From Octopus bimaculoides (Eukaryota): 64,000 nucleotides of DNA. The stretch lies in assembly GCF_001194135.2 (NCBI RefSeq), contig NC_068983.1, positions 105,774,997 through 105,838,996 of the forward strand. Direction: 5' to 3'. Under the pieces are notes generated by a model, which worked only from the letters and a program-made list of their open reading frames with translations, made no database searches and was not told the origin of the DNA. The translations under genes were made by a program, and so were the position numbers. This document shows, in pieces, positions 12,211-23,940 of the stretch (the stretch's first letter is position 1; every line of letters begins with the position of its first letter).

Positions 12211-12435
12211 TACCTCCCTTGGTTCACTCTCTAAATCCTTTCTTATTTTTCAAACAACCAAGATAGCGAAAGCCTCTCATCATGCGAATTAATCACTACA
12301 CAATACCCCTTGCAAAGCTAATTTAAATAGCGAAAACCGGTTGGATTTTACAACACCCATTTAATATGTATATATTTATATAAAAAAAGATTAAACTATG
12401 CGAAACGAAGGCATTTTTCTTCACATTTTTCAACC

Positions 12436-12467
<32 letters not shown>

Positions 12468-13329
12468 AGGGTAAGTCAGAAATTATCTGCACATTCGCCA
12501 AAACTTTTTCTAAGTTGGCCACACTGCCATTGTAATAAAAAAGGTAATAGTCTTGTGGCTATGTAAGATTTGATCTTGGTTGGTTCAGTTTTCTATCTTG
12601 TGTTATAGAGTAAACATGGCTGTTCCTCTGGCAGTGTGATCTGATTTCTTTCTTGTACTAGTAGGGATAACTGCTTCCTGAGCTTTCTCATGTTATTATT
12701 ACTGTGGTTACTGTACTTTTGAAATATTTCATATGCTGATAATTAGGTCAACTAAGTAAATGAAGCTGTCACTTACTTCAAGGGAGACCTCCAAGAATTT
12801 GAAAGAATTTACATCTTGGGTCCCATTACTGCTAACTACTCTTGCACATCTGTCACAAATGAAGACCTCTCTCAGTCTGCCTCTGACTGCACACCTTGTG
12901 CATTGTAGTTTACATTGTGTACATTGTATGGAATTCCTATCTTATCTACATATTGAGCTTGCATAGCCATTTCCAGCTGGTAACAATTTTGTATTCTTTA
13001 CTGTTAACCAAAACAAATGTTTTGGTTCAGTTAACTTCAAGATTCTAGACTTTGCTTCCACATTTGGAATTTCTCTAATTCTTTGACAAATTTAGCTATA
13101 GGAATAGGTCATTAGTAAACAGAAGTTCTCTTGAGCAGCTAGTCTTAAAGTCATTTGTTATGGCCAGGAGAACTATAACAAACAGGAGGTAAAGCATTGA
13201 GTTTTAGTGGATGCCTATCTGAAAGCTAAATTCATTGCTTAACTTGTTGCTGACAGCATCTCTGAACATGGCTCTTATATATCTTTCATTTATATCTAGT
13301 TTTCTTAACAGTCACTAGACTATGAAAGA

Positions 13330-13620
13330 GACATCCTGTAAAAGGTCTTCTCCAGATCAGTGAATGCTAAATATAGTGGTTTAATCTTCAGTAGTTGATT
13401 CACTAGTATGAAATAATTGATAGCATTGTGTTGCATCTCATTTAATTTTCTTCTTAATTAGTTGTGCTTTATCTGTTTCTGATACTTCTATAATTTGGTC
13501 CATCAGTTTGATGCTTCTGTAATTAGTTCTTTCCAGAGTATCACCACTGCCTTTGTAGCAGTTAATAATATTGCTAGACAACTGGGGAAAAATCACTCCC
13601 AACTGACTGATTATGCAAGT
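13330..13620 (-). mobile_element. Degenerate RTE LINE RT fragment
   Basis: NCYKGSGDTLERTNYRSIKLMDQI, homologous to the fragment at 1-373. Confidence 0.7.
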
Positions 13621-14103
13621 GATTAGCATGCATCCTTGGATACATTCAGCATCTCAGTGACTCCTCTAATTGCCAAGCTGCTTTCCCTACTTTTATATTG
13701 TTAAAATCTATTTCAACTATATTGTTACTCAATTCAGTAGTGGATTCTTTTTGTTGGGTCTATTGAAGGTAGTCCATCTTTCGCCCACTTATTCTCATTT
13801 AGCAACATTTGTGTAATGGCATTTTCATGTCTTCATCTTGACATCAGTGAGGATGTGTGCCACTATATTTGTGGACAATTTTCAATAATGCCCCGATTCA
13901 CACTGACACTGCTTTGCAATTTGGAACACCTCACTCCGCTGATCTTCATATTATGGAGCATTAGCGAACCTCTTATTCTGTTTGATCAATGCAACTATGC
14001 ATGGCAACAGGGTTTCACATATTGGCTATCTAAGTATTCTAAAACCATAACCAAACCAAAGAAAAGATGATAGTGCAAGTTGTTAATAAAATTATTTTAA
14101 TAA

Positions 14104-14277
14104 TCAGGGACAACAGAAATTAGAATTAAACTTAGTGAACTGAGAGATGGATACCAAAACTACCGTGACGTTATCAGCAGTGAGTCGCAGGATAGCTTCA
14201 TTGACAAGCCTCTGGCAAGCTGCTTCATAGCGCATTTCTTCTGCACCTTTGGTGCCATTGCCTTCAATTGATTTATC
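14104..14277 (-). CDS. ILKAP: ILKAP coding exon 10 (last)
   Basis: DKSIEGNGTKGAEEMRYEAACQRLVNEAILRLTADNVTVVLVSISQFTKFNSNFCCP*. Confidence 0.93.
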   Translation of the reverse strand, partial: DKSIEGNGTKGAEEMRYEAACQRLVNEAILRLTADNVTVVLVSISQFTKFNSNFCCP

Positions 14278-17200
14278 CTAAAACAAATAAATCAACAGTG
14301 GAGTAAGTTTTTATATTTTGTTGACACATAACTATAAATGTATGAGCAAGAAGTTGATAAACTTTATTACCGATATATATATATGTATGCATATGTATAT
14401 ATAAATACATATACACAAACACTCATTTACTGTTGCTCTCCATCTCTCCATAATATACTACCATCTATCACTTCCTCCGCCTTGTTGACTCCTATTTTTC
14501 TTTACCTCACTCCTCAAACTGAGCCTCACCATTGACTATGCCTCCACTCAGGTTCAATCATCTGTCCCCATCTCTAGCCATCTGTCATTCTCAAACCTAC
14601 TCATCCTTGATTCTTTGTCCTTATTCTCTCTCATATCAACGTTCTTGTATTTTGAATGTATATGTAGACACCTCATCTCAACTAGTTATCTTTTTCTCTT
14701 TCTAGCTGGGATAGCCATGTATCGCTTCTACAGCAAGACACCTATTCCTATCCCTCTCTATTACTTTAGCCCCTCAACAGCCGTTACAAAGCCACTTCCC
14801 TCAATACTGCACCCTCACTCAGTTGAGGATTTTTTTTTCTTGCAAGTTACTTGGTAACCTCACTAGTGCTAATCACACACAAAAAAGCATTAAATACACT
14901 CTGTAATTAGCAAGGGCATCCAGCCATAGAAACCACACCAAAGCAGACATTGGAGCTTGATGTAGTCCTCCAGCTTCTCAGATCCTGTGGAACTGTCCAA
15001 CCCATGCCAGCATGGAAGATCGACATTAAATGATGATGATGAGTTAATATTTCTATAAACCATAGTTATCCACTAGACATGCAGTGAGCTCAAATTTCTG
15101 TAATATTAGAGGAATAAGAAAGAAATCCTTTCAGCAATGCCATTTATATTTATATTACAATTAACTTTTTTCCAGAAGACCTGGCCCTTCTCTGCAGTTG
15201 GGTATGCACAATAAGATCTTCTTACCAAACTGCTGGAAGCCCAGTAGTTTTAACCATGGGACTTAATTTCATAACAAGACTAAATATATGTTTGTCAGGG
15301 ATATGGATGTAACTATATTCAAGTATATAAATGTCTTTCCTGAAGTGATCTGTGAGATAGGGAAAATAGCACCAAAGTTTTAGATTTGGGTTACGGATCT
15401 CAGTTTTTAGTGATTCATTTCACAAGATATTGAGGCAAAAGAAACTAGTTTCATAGAAATGGAATAGCCTGAAATTTACCTCTAAAACATTGCAAACAAA
15501 CTGGATACATTCTTCAGCAGTTAAAGATTTCCAAAGTCCATCACAAGCAATGATAAAAAATCTGTAAGACAAAAAATTTAAAGTCATTATGGATATTCTG
15601 GGTAATTAATTTTTTTAAAGTGGATTCGTATAAGCAATAAAACAAGATATGTGACATAGAAATGTAATTTCTTTAAGTGTGTCTGAAGTGATGAAATAAA
15701 CTGGAATGAAATAGCTAAGTCAGAAAAAAGAATGATTAAATAAAGGTAAGTTAGTAAACCCATTTAATATCTCTCTGTTTAACCCTTTCGTTACTATATT
15801 TCTGACCAAAATACACCCCTCATGAGTTTCAATCAAATTCTAAAATAATCATGAATTTAGACTAGTCTCATTAAACACCTGTAACTTTTTTATTTATCAA
15901 CATATTAATGTGATATTTGGAACATAATTAAAGAAAGGGTTCTTAATCAATTCTATTGCATAATTTTTGTCTCTAAGTTCTCCACGTACTGGGGGAGGGG
16001 TACTGCTAGTGTCTCTCACATGTAAATATTGGTTCAGCTTCACAAATCGTACTCGTTCATAATACTGGAAATATATTCATTGCCAAAAGGTTCCTGATCG
16101 CTCCAGTAATTTGTTATTCTGGGTAACTGTTTAATACCCANNNNNNNNNNNNNNNNNNNNNNNNNNNNNNNNNNNNNNNNNNNNNNNNNNNNNNNNNNNN
16201 NNNNNNNNNNNNNNNNNNNNNNNNNNNNNNNNNNNNNNNNNNNNNNNNNNNNNNNNNNNNNNNNNNNNNNNNNNNNNNNNNNNNNNNNNNNNNNNNNNNN
16301 NNNNNNNNNNNNNNNNNNNNNNNNNNNNNNNNNNNNNNNNNNNNNNNNNNNNNNNNNNNNNNNNNNNNNNNNNNNNNNNNNNNNNNNNNNNNNNNNNNNN
16401 NNNNNNNNNNNNNNNNNNNNNNNNNNNNNNNNNNNNNNNNNNNNNNNNNNNNNNNNNNNNNNNNNNNNNNNNNNNNNNNNNNNNNNNNNNNNNNNNNNNT
16501 CCTCCCTGTCGCCGTCGCTGCTTTCAGAATCGCTGATTTCAGTTTCGGATACAGAAATATCCGATTTATTATCGTTCACCACGTGCTTTTGTAGCTCATT
16601 CATTCTTTTCTTCGATATCTCCATATCTTCTGTTGAAAAACCTTCAAATTCGGAATCACTGCTTGATAGCATGAAACTCCTCTCCATCTTCAAAGTTGAA
16701 AAAAATTAACGCTGCAAAAAATGTGGAAAAAAAATCTTCCGAAATTCACTGAGTTCAAATATCACGCCAAACAATGTCGGAGACAATAGCTCAACTGTTT
16801 GCAAAGTGAAATCAGGTGTTTTAACGAATGTACTAACGAAATTTGGGTTCAAATATACATTTAAATAACAATAGGCCGGGTTACTCTCATGAACCAAAAT
16901 ATTTTTCGGCCGGCTACGTCCGGGTTAGTAACGAAAGGGTTAAAGAATATTTAGATGAACTTGGAACAAAGTTTAAATTTCTATTTTGATGTCTCTCTTT
17001 AAAATGAAATTAAGAGTAAATGCGGTGGTGGTCTGCATTGGTAAAAATGATGCAACAAAGTTCATGAGTTTGGATAAGTTAGTATATCATAGGGAGAAGA
17101 CAAATCTTAAGTTTTTGGATAGACTAAGAAGAAAAAATTTTTTTTCTCAGACAAAGAATGTCTCCAAGCCTTCATCAGCTATCTTGGGGAAATTTCGAAC

Positions 17201-20200
17201 CTGGGTTCTCATTCCTAAGGTATTTTTCGATATTATCATTATTTTTATTATTATTATTCAGGTCACTGAATAAACTCAATTTCAGGCAGTGAAAGGCGGT
17301 GAGCTGGCAGAAACGTTAGCACACCGGGCGAAATGCTTACAAGTATTTCGTCTGTCTTTACGTTCTGAGTTCAATTTCCGCCGAGGTCGACTTTGCCTTT
17401 CATCTTTTCGGGGTCGATAAATTAAGTACCAGTTGTATACTGGGGTCAATCTAATTGGCTGCCCCCTCCCCCAAAAATTTCAGGCCTTGTGCCTAGAGTA
17501 GAAAAGAATAACATCGTAAAATACCTTAGGAATGAGAACCCAGGTTTGAAATTTCCCCAAGACACCTGATGAAGGCTGGAGAGTATATCAGCCAAAACGT
17601 TGTGTTAATAACAAACAATTTGAGGACAAATATCCGTCAAATGTAAATAATTCCTCATCTCCCAAATATAGAACTGTATTAGTTATAAAATACTTACTAA
17701 TATATAATTCTAATTTTCTGTCCTATTTAATATTTTTCAATGCAATTTAGAAATGAAATTAGAAAAGAAAATGGAGTATTTTTACCGATCATTGTCAGTT
17801 AGCTGGCATTTCCTAACATCAGGTACACAGATGACACCATGATTCTTATATTGTCCGTCTCCTAGGGAACGAGAGATCTCTAGAGTACCCATCACACGAC
17901 CATCTCTTTAAAGTATAAAAAGAAACATCAACAAAATAAAAAAGTAATAAAAAGAGAGTAAGAATAATACATTGTAATATATAATAGATGATGAAATATG
18001 TTTTAAAATTAATTTTGAACTTAACCAGACATTAAGTTTTGGATGATTTTTACCAATAAATATTTCAGATTAAATCTGATATATTACTTAACATGGCCTC
18101 CAGCCTTTTGAATTCGCATTCTTTCTTCATAAACAGTCGGGTGGTGTTCAGTAGTTAGTGGTACTGCTACATACTGTTGAGTATTTTCTTTGTATCGACA
18201 TAATATTGCCTGAAATTAAGATATAAATACATGTTCATGATACTTTTAAAGGTCCACAAGAATATGAAGTAAAAGAAAATTAATTCAACATTGTATTGCA
18301 TAATGTAAAAGCAAAATGAATTTACTTAACATTTTGTTGTAATCAAATTAACAATGATTAATTTTCCTCAATTATAATAAAACTTAAACACTATTAATAA
18401 TGAATATCAATATACCAAAATATATTGGAGCTGTCATTATAACTAATAGAATCATTGGAAAGGATTAACAGTAAAAGAGATAAGTTATGGTGAAGTCTAA
18501 ACACAACAAATACAGGCTATAGATGGTTTTACCATCTCACACACACATAGATGTATTAGGCTGTCAAGAAAGTTCTTGTAGTTTTTAACCTCTAAATTCA
18601 GATGCACATATCTCAGTTTGAACAAAACTTTATTAATCGAAATAAACACCATCAGAATCAACACACTTTTGCCAACGCAAAACAAGTTTATTTATGCCAG
18701 TAGCGTAAAAATCCTGCATTCTGGTGGCGATGAAGTCATTGAAGGTGTGTTTGGCATCGTCTTGGTTTTTGAAGCATTTCTCATGCAGGAAGTTGTCAAG
18801 GTGCTTGAAAAAGTGGTAGTCGGTATGCCTGGTGAGTATGGTGGATGAGGCAGTTGTGTGACGTGCGGCCACGCGTTGTCGTGGAGAAGAATTGGTTCTT
18901 TTCTATTGACCAATGCTGGCTGTTGTTAGAGTTTCTTACGCATTTCATCCATTTGCTGACAGTACTTCTCCACCGTCATGGTTTCAACTGGATCCAAAAA
19001 GCTGTGATGGATGAGACCAGCTGCAGACCACCAAACAGTCACCATGACCTTCTTTTGGTGCAAATTTAGCTTCAGGAAGTGCTATGGAGCTTCATCGGCG
19101 TCCAACCATTGAGCTGAGCATTGCCGGTTGTCTTAAAGAATCCACTTTTCATCGCAAGTCACAATCTAGTCGAGAAGCAGGTCATTCTTGTTGCATAAAA
19201 GAAGGGAAGATGACACTTCAAAACAGCATTTTTTTGGTTGACATTCAATTCGTGAGGCACCCATTTCTCAAGTATTTTTGTTTTTCCAGTCTCTCTCAAG
19301 TGGTTGGAAATTGTATACGTTACGTCTAATTAAGAACCAAGCTCTCAAACAGTTGTGTGTGGATTGGCTTCCACTAAGGCTCTTAGTTGATTGTTGTCAA
19401 CATCTAATGGCCAACCACTATGCTTATCATCTTCAAGACTCTCATCACCACTATGAAAATTCTTAAACCACCATTGTGCTGTACGTTCATTAGTGGTTCC
19501 TGGGCCAAACACATCGTATATATTGCAAACTGTTTCAACAGCTTTTTGACCTAGCTTGAACTGGAATAAGAAAATTGTGCGAATTTTCTTTTTGTCCATG
19601 TTGTATTTAACGTTCCGGAAAAAATGGCTTAATTAGTCAAAAAGAAAAAGAGTAACACAATTAAAGAGAGGGAAAAACGGGCTTTAAAATGATATATGAT
19701 GTCAAAGTAATTTAACGAAAATTAATTTGAAAATACATCATTTAAAACCAAAATTAAAAATTCCGCAAGGACTTTCTTGACAACTTAATAATATGATAAT
19801 GCTAATTATGGGCCATTCTGTACATATGAAAATGAACAACTAATGAGAAGACTGAGCTAATATGTTAATATATTATTTCTCAACCATGCTAGCAGCAAAT
19901 ATAGCAAGTTGGAATCTGGATAATATATGAAAAGCTTTAGTAATTCATGATACTTTTAGAAGCAAAAAATGATTTTAAGCATATAGAAATATTACTATGA
20001 TGGAGTACATTTTATAAAGCTATAATTAGGATTTATTTTACTATAGGGTCTGATAAGCTATCGCTCACAATAGATTTAGTCTTCTCCATCATAATATGTT
20101 AATGAATTAAGTTAGCAATATTTGGATTTACAAAAAATATATGTTGTTATTTATTATCAAACAAAATTGAACTCATTTCACATTTTAACTGTGATAGCAT

Positions 20201-23200
20201 TAAATATAAGAACATTTTATTTACAAACAGTCAGTCCATCACAGACATTGAATTTTATAGAAGAAGTCTTAAATCTTACAAAACTCTGATTATATCTTCT
20301 CATGCAAAAACTTTCAGTTAATCTCACAATCTAGATTTAAAATCAATGAACAAACTATTTTCTGAGGTTGAAAATAATCTGTCATGTAAATGAAAGAATG
20401 ATGAGAGTTTGAAAATAATTTACCTTGCTGTCTCCTAAGTTGGATATGTACAAGGTATCATTTATTGCTAATACAACTGTTGCAGTGGAGCCATCTTTCC
20501 ATGCTGGTTTACTAGAGAATACAAAATAAACAAGAAAAAAAAAAAAAAAAGCTTGATTTTAGAAGGAAAACCACAAAATATACAGGGTAACCATAAATTA
20601 CCGTTATCATTTGAAAAATTCAGAAGGAAAAAGAAAAATAAGGATAACTCAGCAGAGTTTATTGGAAAACATAGGGTAAAGACCCCCTTCAGTCATGAAT
20701 GACCATGGGATTGTACCTAGAAAGTTCCTTTCCTAGGCACAAGCCTGGGCAAAACTGTTTATGGAAAACCAGCAGTTGCCCATGCATACCAGCCTCCCCT
20801 CTCCATGCCACTGATGTTATCCAAGGGAAAGGCAAAGCCAATATAGCTTGGCACCAGTGACATCACAACTCATTTCTACAGCTGAGTGAACTGGAGCAAC
20901 GTGAAATAAACTGTCTTGCTCAAGAAGACACAGCACAAAACCTGGTTTGGGAATCAAACTCACTACCTCACTCTAACCACTGAGCCATGCACCTTCACAT
21001 TGGGAAACAAGCAAACATAAGTTTTATTAGAAATACTAGAACTATTCTATGTGGGCTCTATTGGTTGCAAGCAACCAATGTCACACTAAATTGTGGAAGT
21101 TATAAAGATAATTTACGGACACCCTGTATATTCCTGAGTTTACACATATAAGAAATTGAACAGAAACTTCTGCAGTATTATATTTGTTGTAAAAAGTGGC
21201 ATAAACTAAAAGGAAATCCCCACCCATTAAAATGCACTATATAACTTGGTGCATTTATAAGAATTACAATCTAAAAAATACAGTAAAAGTAAAAAAAAAA
21301 ACAATGAACACCAAATAACATATTGAAACAGTCCACTCAGAAAAGTGTTTGGCATTAGGGAGGGCATCTAGCCATAAAAACCATGCCAAAATAGACCTTG
21401 TCACATGGAAAACACCCAGCCCATTCTGTAAAGTGGTTGATGTTTGGAAAGGAATCCAGCTGTAAAAACAATACCAAGACAGACAGTGGAGATTGATGCA
21501 GTCCTCTGGTTTGCCAGCTCCTGTCAAACCATCCAACTTATGCCAGCATGGAAAACAGATGTTAAATGATGATCAAAAAATAGTAATAAGAAACTCTTAG
21601 GCTAGTCATCATGCAAATCAACTCTGAGGAAGAAACTTCCAGAGAATTACTTTCTAAGACAATTCACCAAAAGAATTTACAAAACTGTTATATTTCAAAC
21701 ATCTAAACACAAAGGAGAACTAAAGAATATCATTAAGTAATGGAAATAAATTACTTTTTAGCAGCAACTGTCAGATAATCTCTGTCCGTCTGTTTGTAGG
21801 CTTCAATAAAAGATCTTTTAATTTCCTTTTCCACTTGTTTAATATCACCTGAAAATATATCGCATCAGCAATAAATACATGATGTAACAATAAAGGGTAT
21901 GTATTTTTCTAACGCACATCAAGTATAATAAATATAAATGTTTATTTTATATATTTAGATGGACTTAATTTTTGGAGAAAATACTAACCAAATATTAAAT
22001 AATAGTCACACGCTTAAGAAATATGAGAAAATTGTGGGTGGCTAATATATATATAAATATATACACATACATTTTATTGCATGTTTATTGCAGTTGTACA
22101 AGATAAATACCAATGTAGAGGCTTCATTTTCAGGATATAGTTAAAGAATAAATAAATCTCCAGGTGATATCATCAGTTCTATTAGACTAAAGCTATTAAT
22201 AAAAGGTGAATGTAGTATTAATGTTGGCAAACTAGAATGATATGTTAAACAGAGAGAATTTAATAAATTGGAAATAATATTCCGAATAATTACATTACCA
22301 AAATGTTGAACTCAACAACCCGAAGTATCAGAAGACCTTGCTATTTGACAAGTTTCTTCCCAATCATGGATAATGAACAATAAAATAATTATAGAACTAA
22401 CATTTTTTTTTTAAAGTTTCATTTTTTATATTTTTTTAAAAAGTTATTTTTAAATAAAAGCTGGACATGAAAATGGGAAAAGATTGAAAGATTGTTTTGT
22501 TCCAAAGTAGCAGTGGTTTGCAGCAGCCTGATGGGCAGTATATTACCCTTGGGAAAAACTGTTCTCAGATTCTTGTATAAGTGTTTGGAGGCAAAGCATG
22601 CGGCTCGGGATCCACCATGGCCATCAAACACACCATACACTGCCAGTCTGCAACTAAAAGAAAAAGATAATAAAAAAAAAAATGAATTGTAAATATACAA
22701 AGGCAAGAGATAAAATTATTTATAAAAGTAAATGTATTTTACTTATGAGGAATATTTTATCTAAATTCTAGATTTTCCTTATCCAGGTGGTCACAGAATT
22801 AAATTCTTAAAAGTTAAGCTTGTTTCTCAATCACATGGTTTCTGGTTCAGTCCCACTGTGTGGCACCTTGGGCCAGTGTCTTCTACTATAGCCTTGTTAC
22901 AACGTGGTTGAACACGTGTGTAAGAATAGTATTACCCAAATAAATATTTGGATATGGTTATCTTGAAATAACCTTTCACACAATTAATATGTTCACAGAG
23001 AACGCACTCCGAACTACTCCAAACGTAGCTACAATATTAAACTAACACAGTAATCCAATACGGACAATCAATGCTGTCAACTACCGACAGTTCCACACAG
23101 TTTCTTTATTTTATTGAAATGCATTAGTCCACTTTCAGTCCTGTGGTGGGGGGTCAGGATTCTTCCACAACAAGCCTTGTGAGTGGATTTGGCAGATGGA

Positions 23201-23883
23201 AACTGAAAAAAGCTCATTGTATATGTATATATCTATATGTGTGTGTGTCTTTGTGTCTGTGTTTGTCTCCCCACAACTGGTGTTGGTATGTTTACATCCC
23301 TGTAAAGACTGATTGAATAAGTACCAGGCTTAAAAAAATAAGTTGTGGGGGTCAATTTGTTTGACTAAAACCCTTCAAGGCGCTATCCCAGCATGGCCAC
23401 AGTCAAATGCCCGAAACAAGTAACAGATAAAAAATAAAGTAACATTGATTTCTTAAATAGGCAAAAGGCCTGAAATTAAGCAGAAGTTGATTATATTGAT
23501 ATCAGTATTTAACTGGTACTTATTTTATCAATCCCAGTAAGGTGAAAGACAAAGCTGATCTTTGTGAATTTGAACTTTGAAGTAAAGAGTCAGAACTAAA
23601 TACAGCAAAATATTTTGTCCACAATTCTACCAATCCAACAACCATTAAATCATTATTTATATGTTTTTATGATACTTTTCAAAAACTAGAAATTTAGTAT
23701 TTTAGATCCAGTTGCCATTTCTCAAGATCATTGGCTAGGTGCAGGCAGCTTGACTGTATGGTCTAAGTTCATTCCCACTGAAACATTCTGGACAAGTGTT
23801 TTCTTTTATAGCCTTGGGCTGACCAAAGTCTTGTGAGTGGATTTGGTTGACAGAAACTGAAAGAGGCCTGTTGTGTGTGTGTG

Positions 23884-23940
<57 letters not shown>

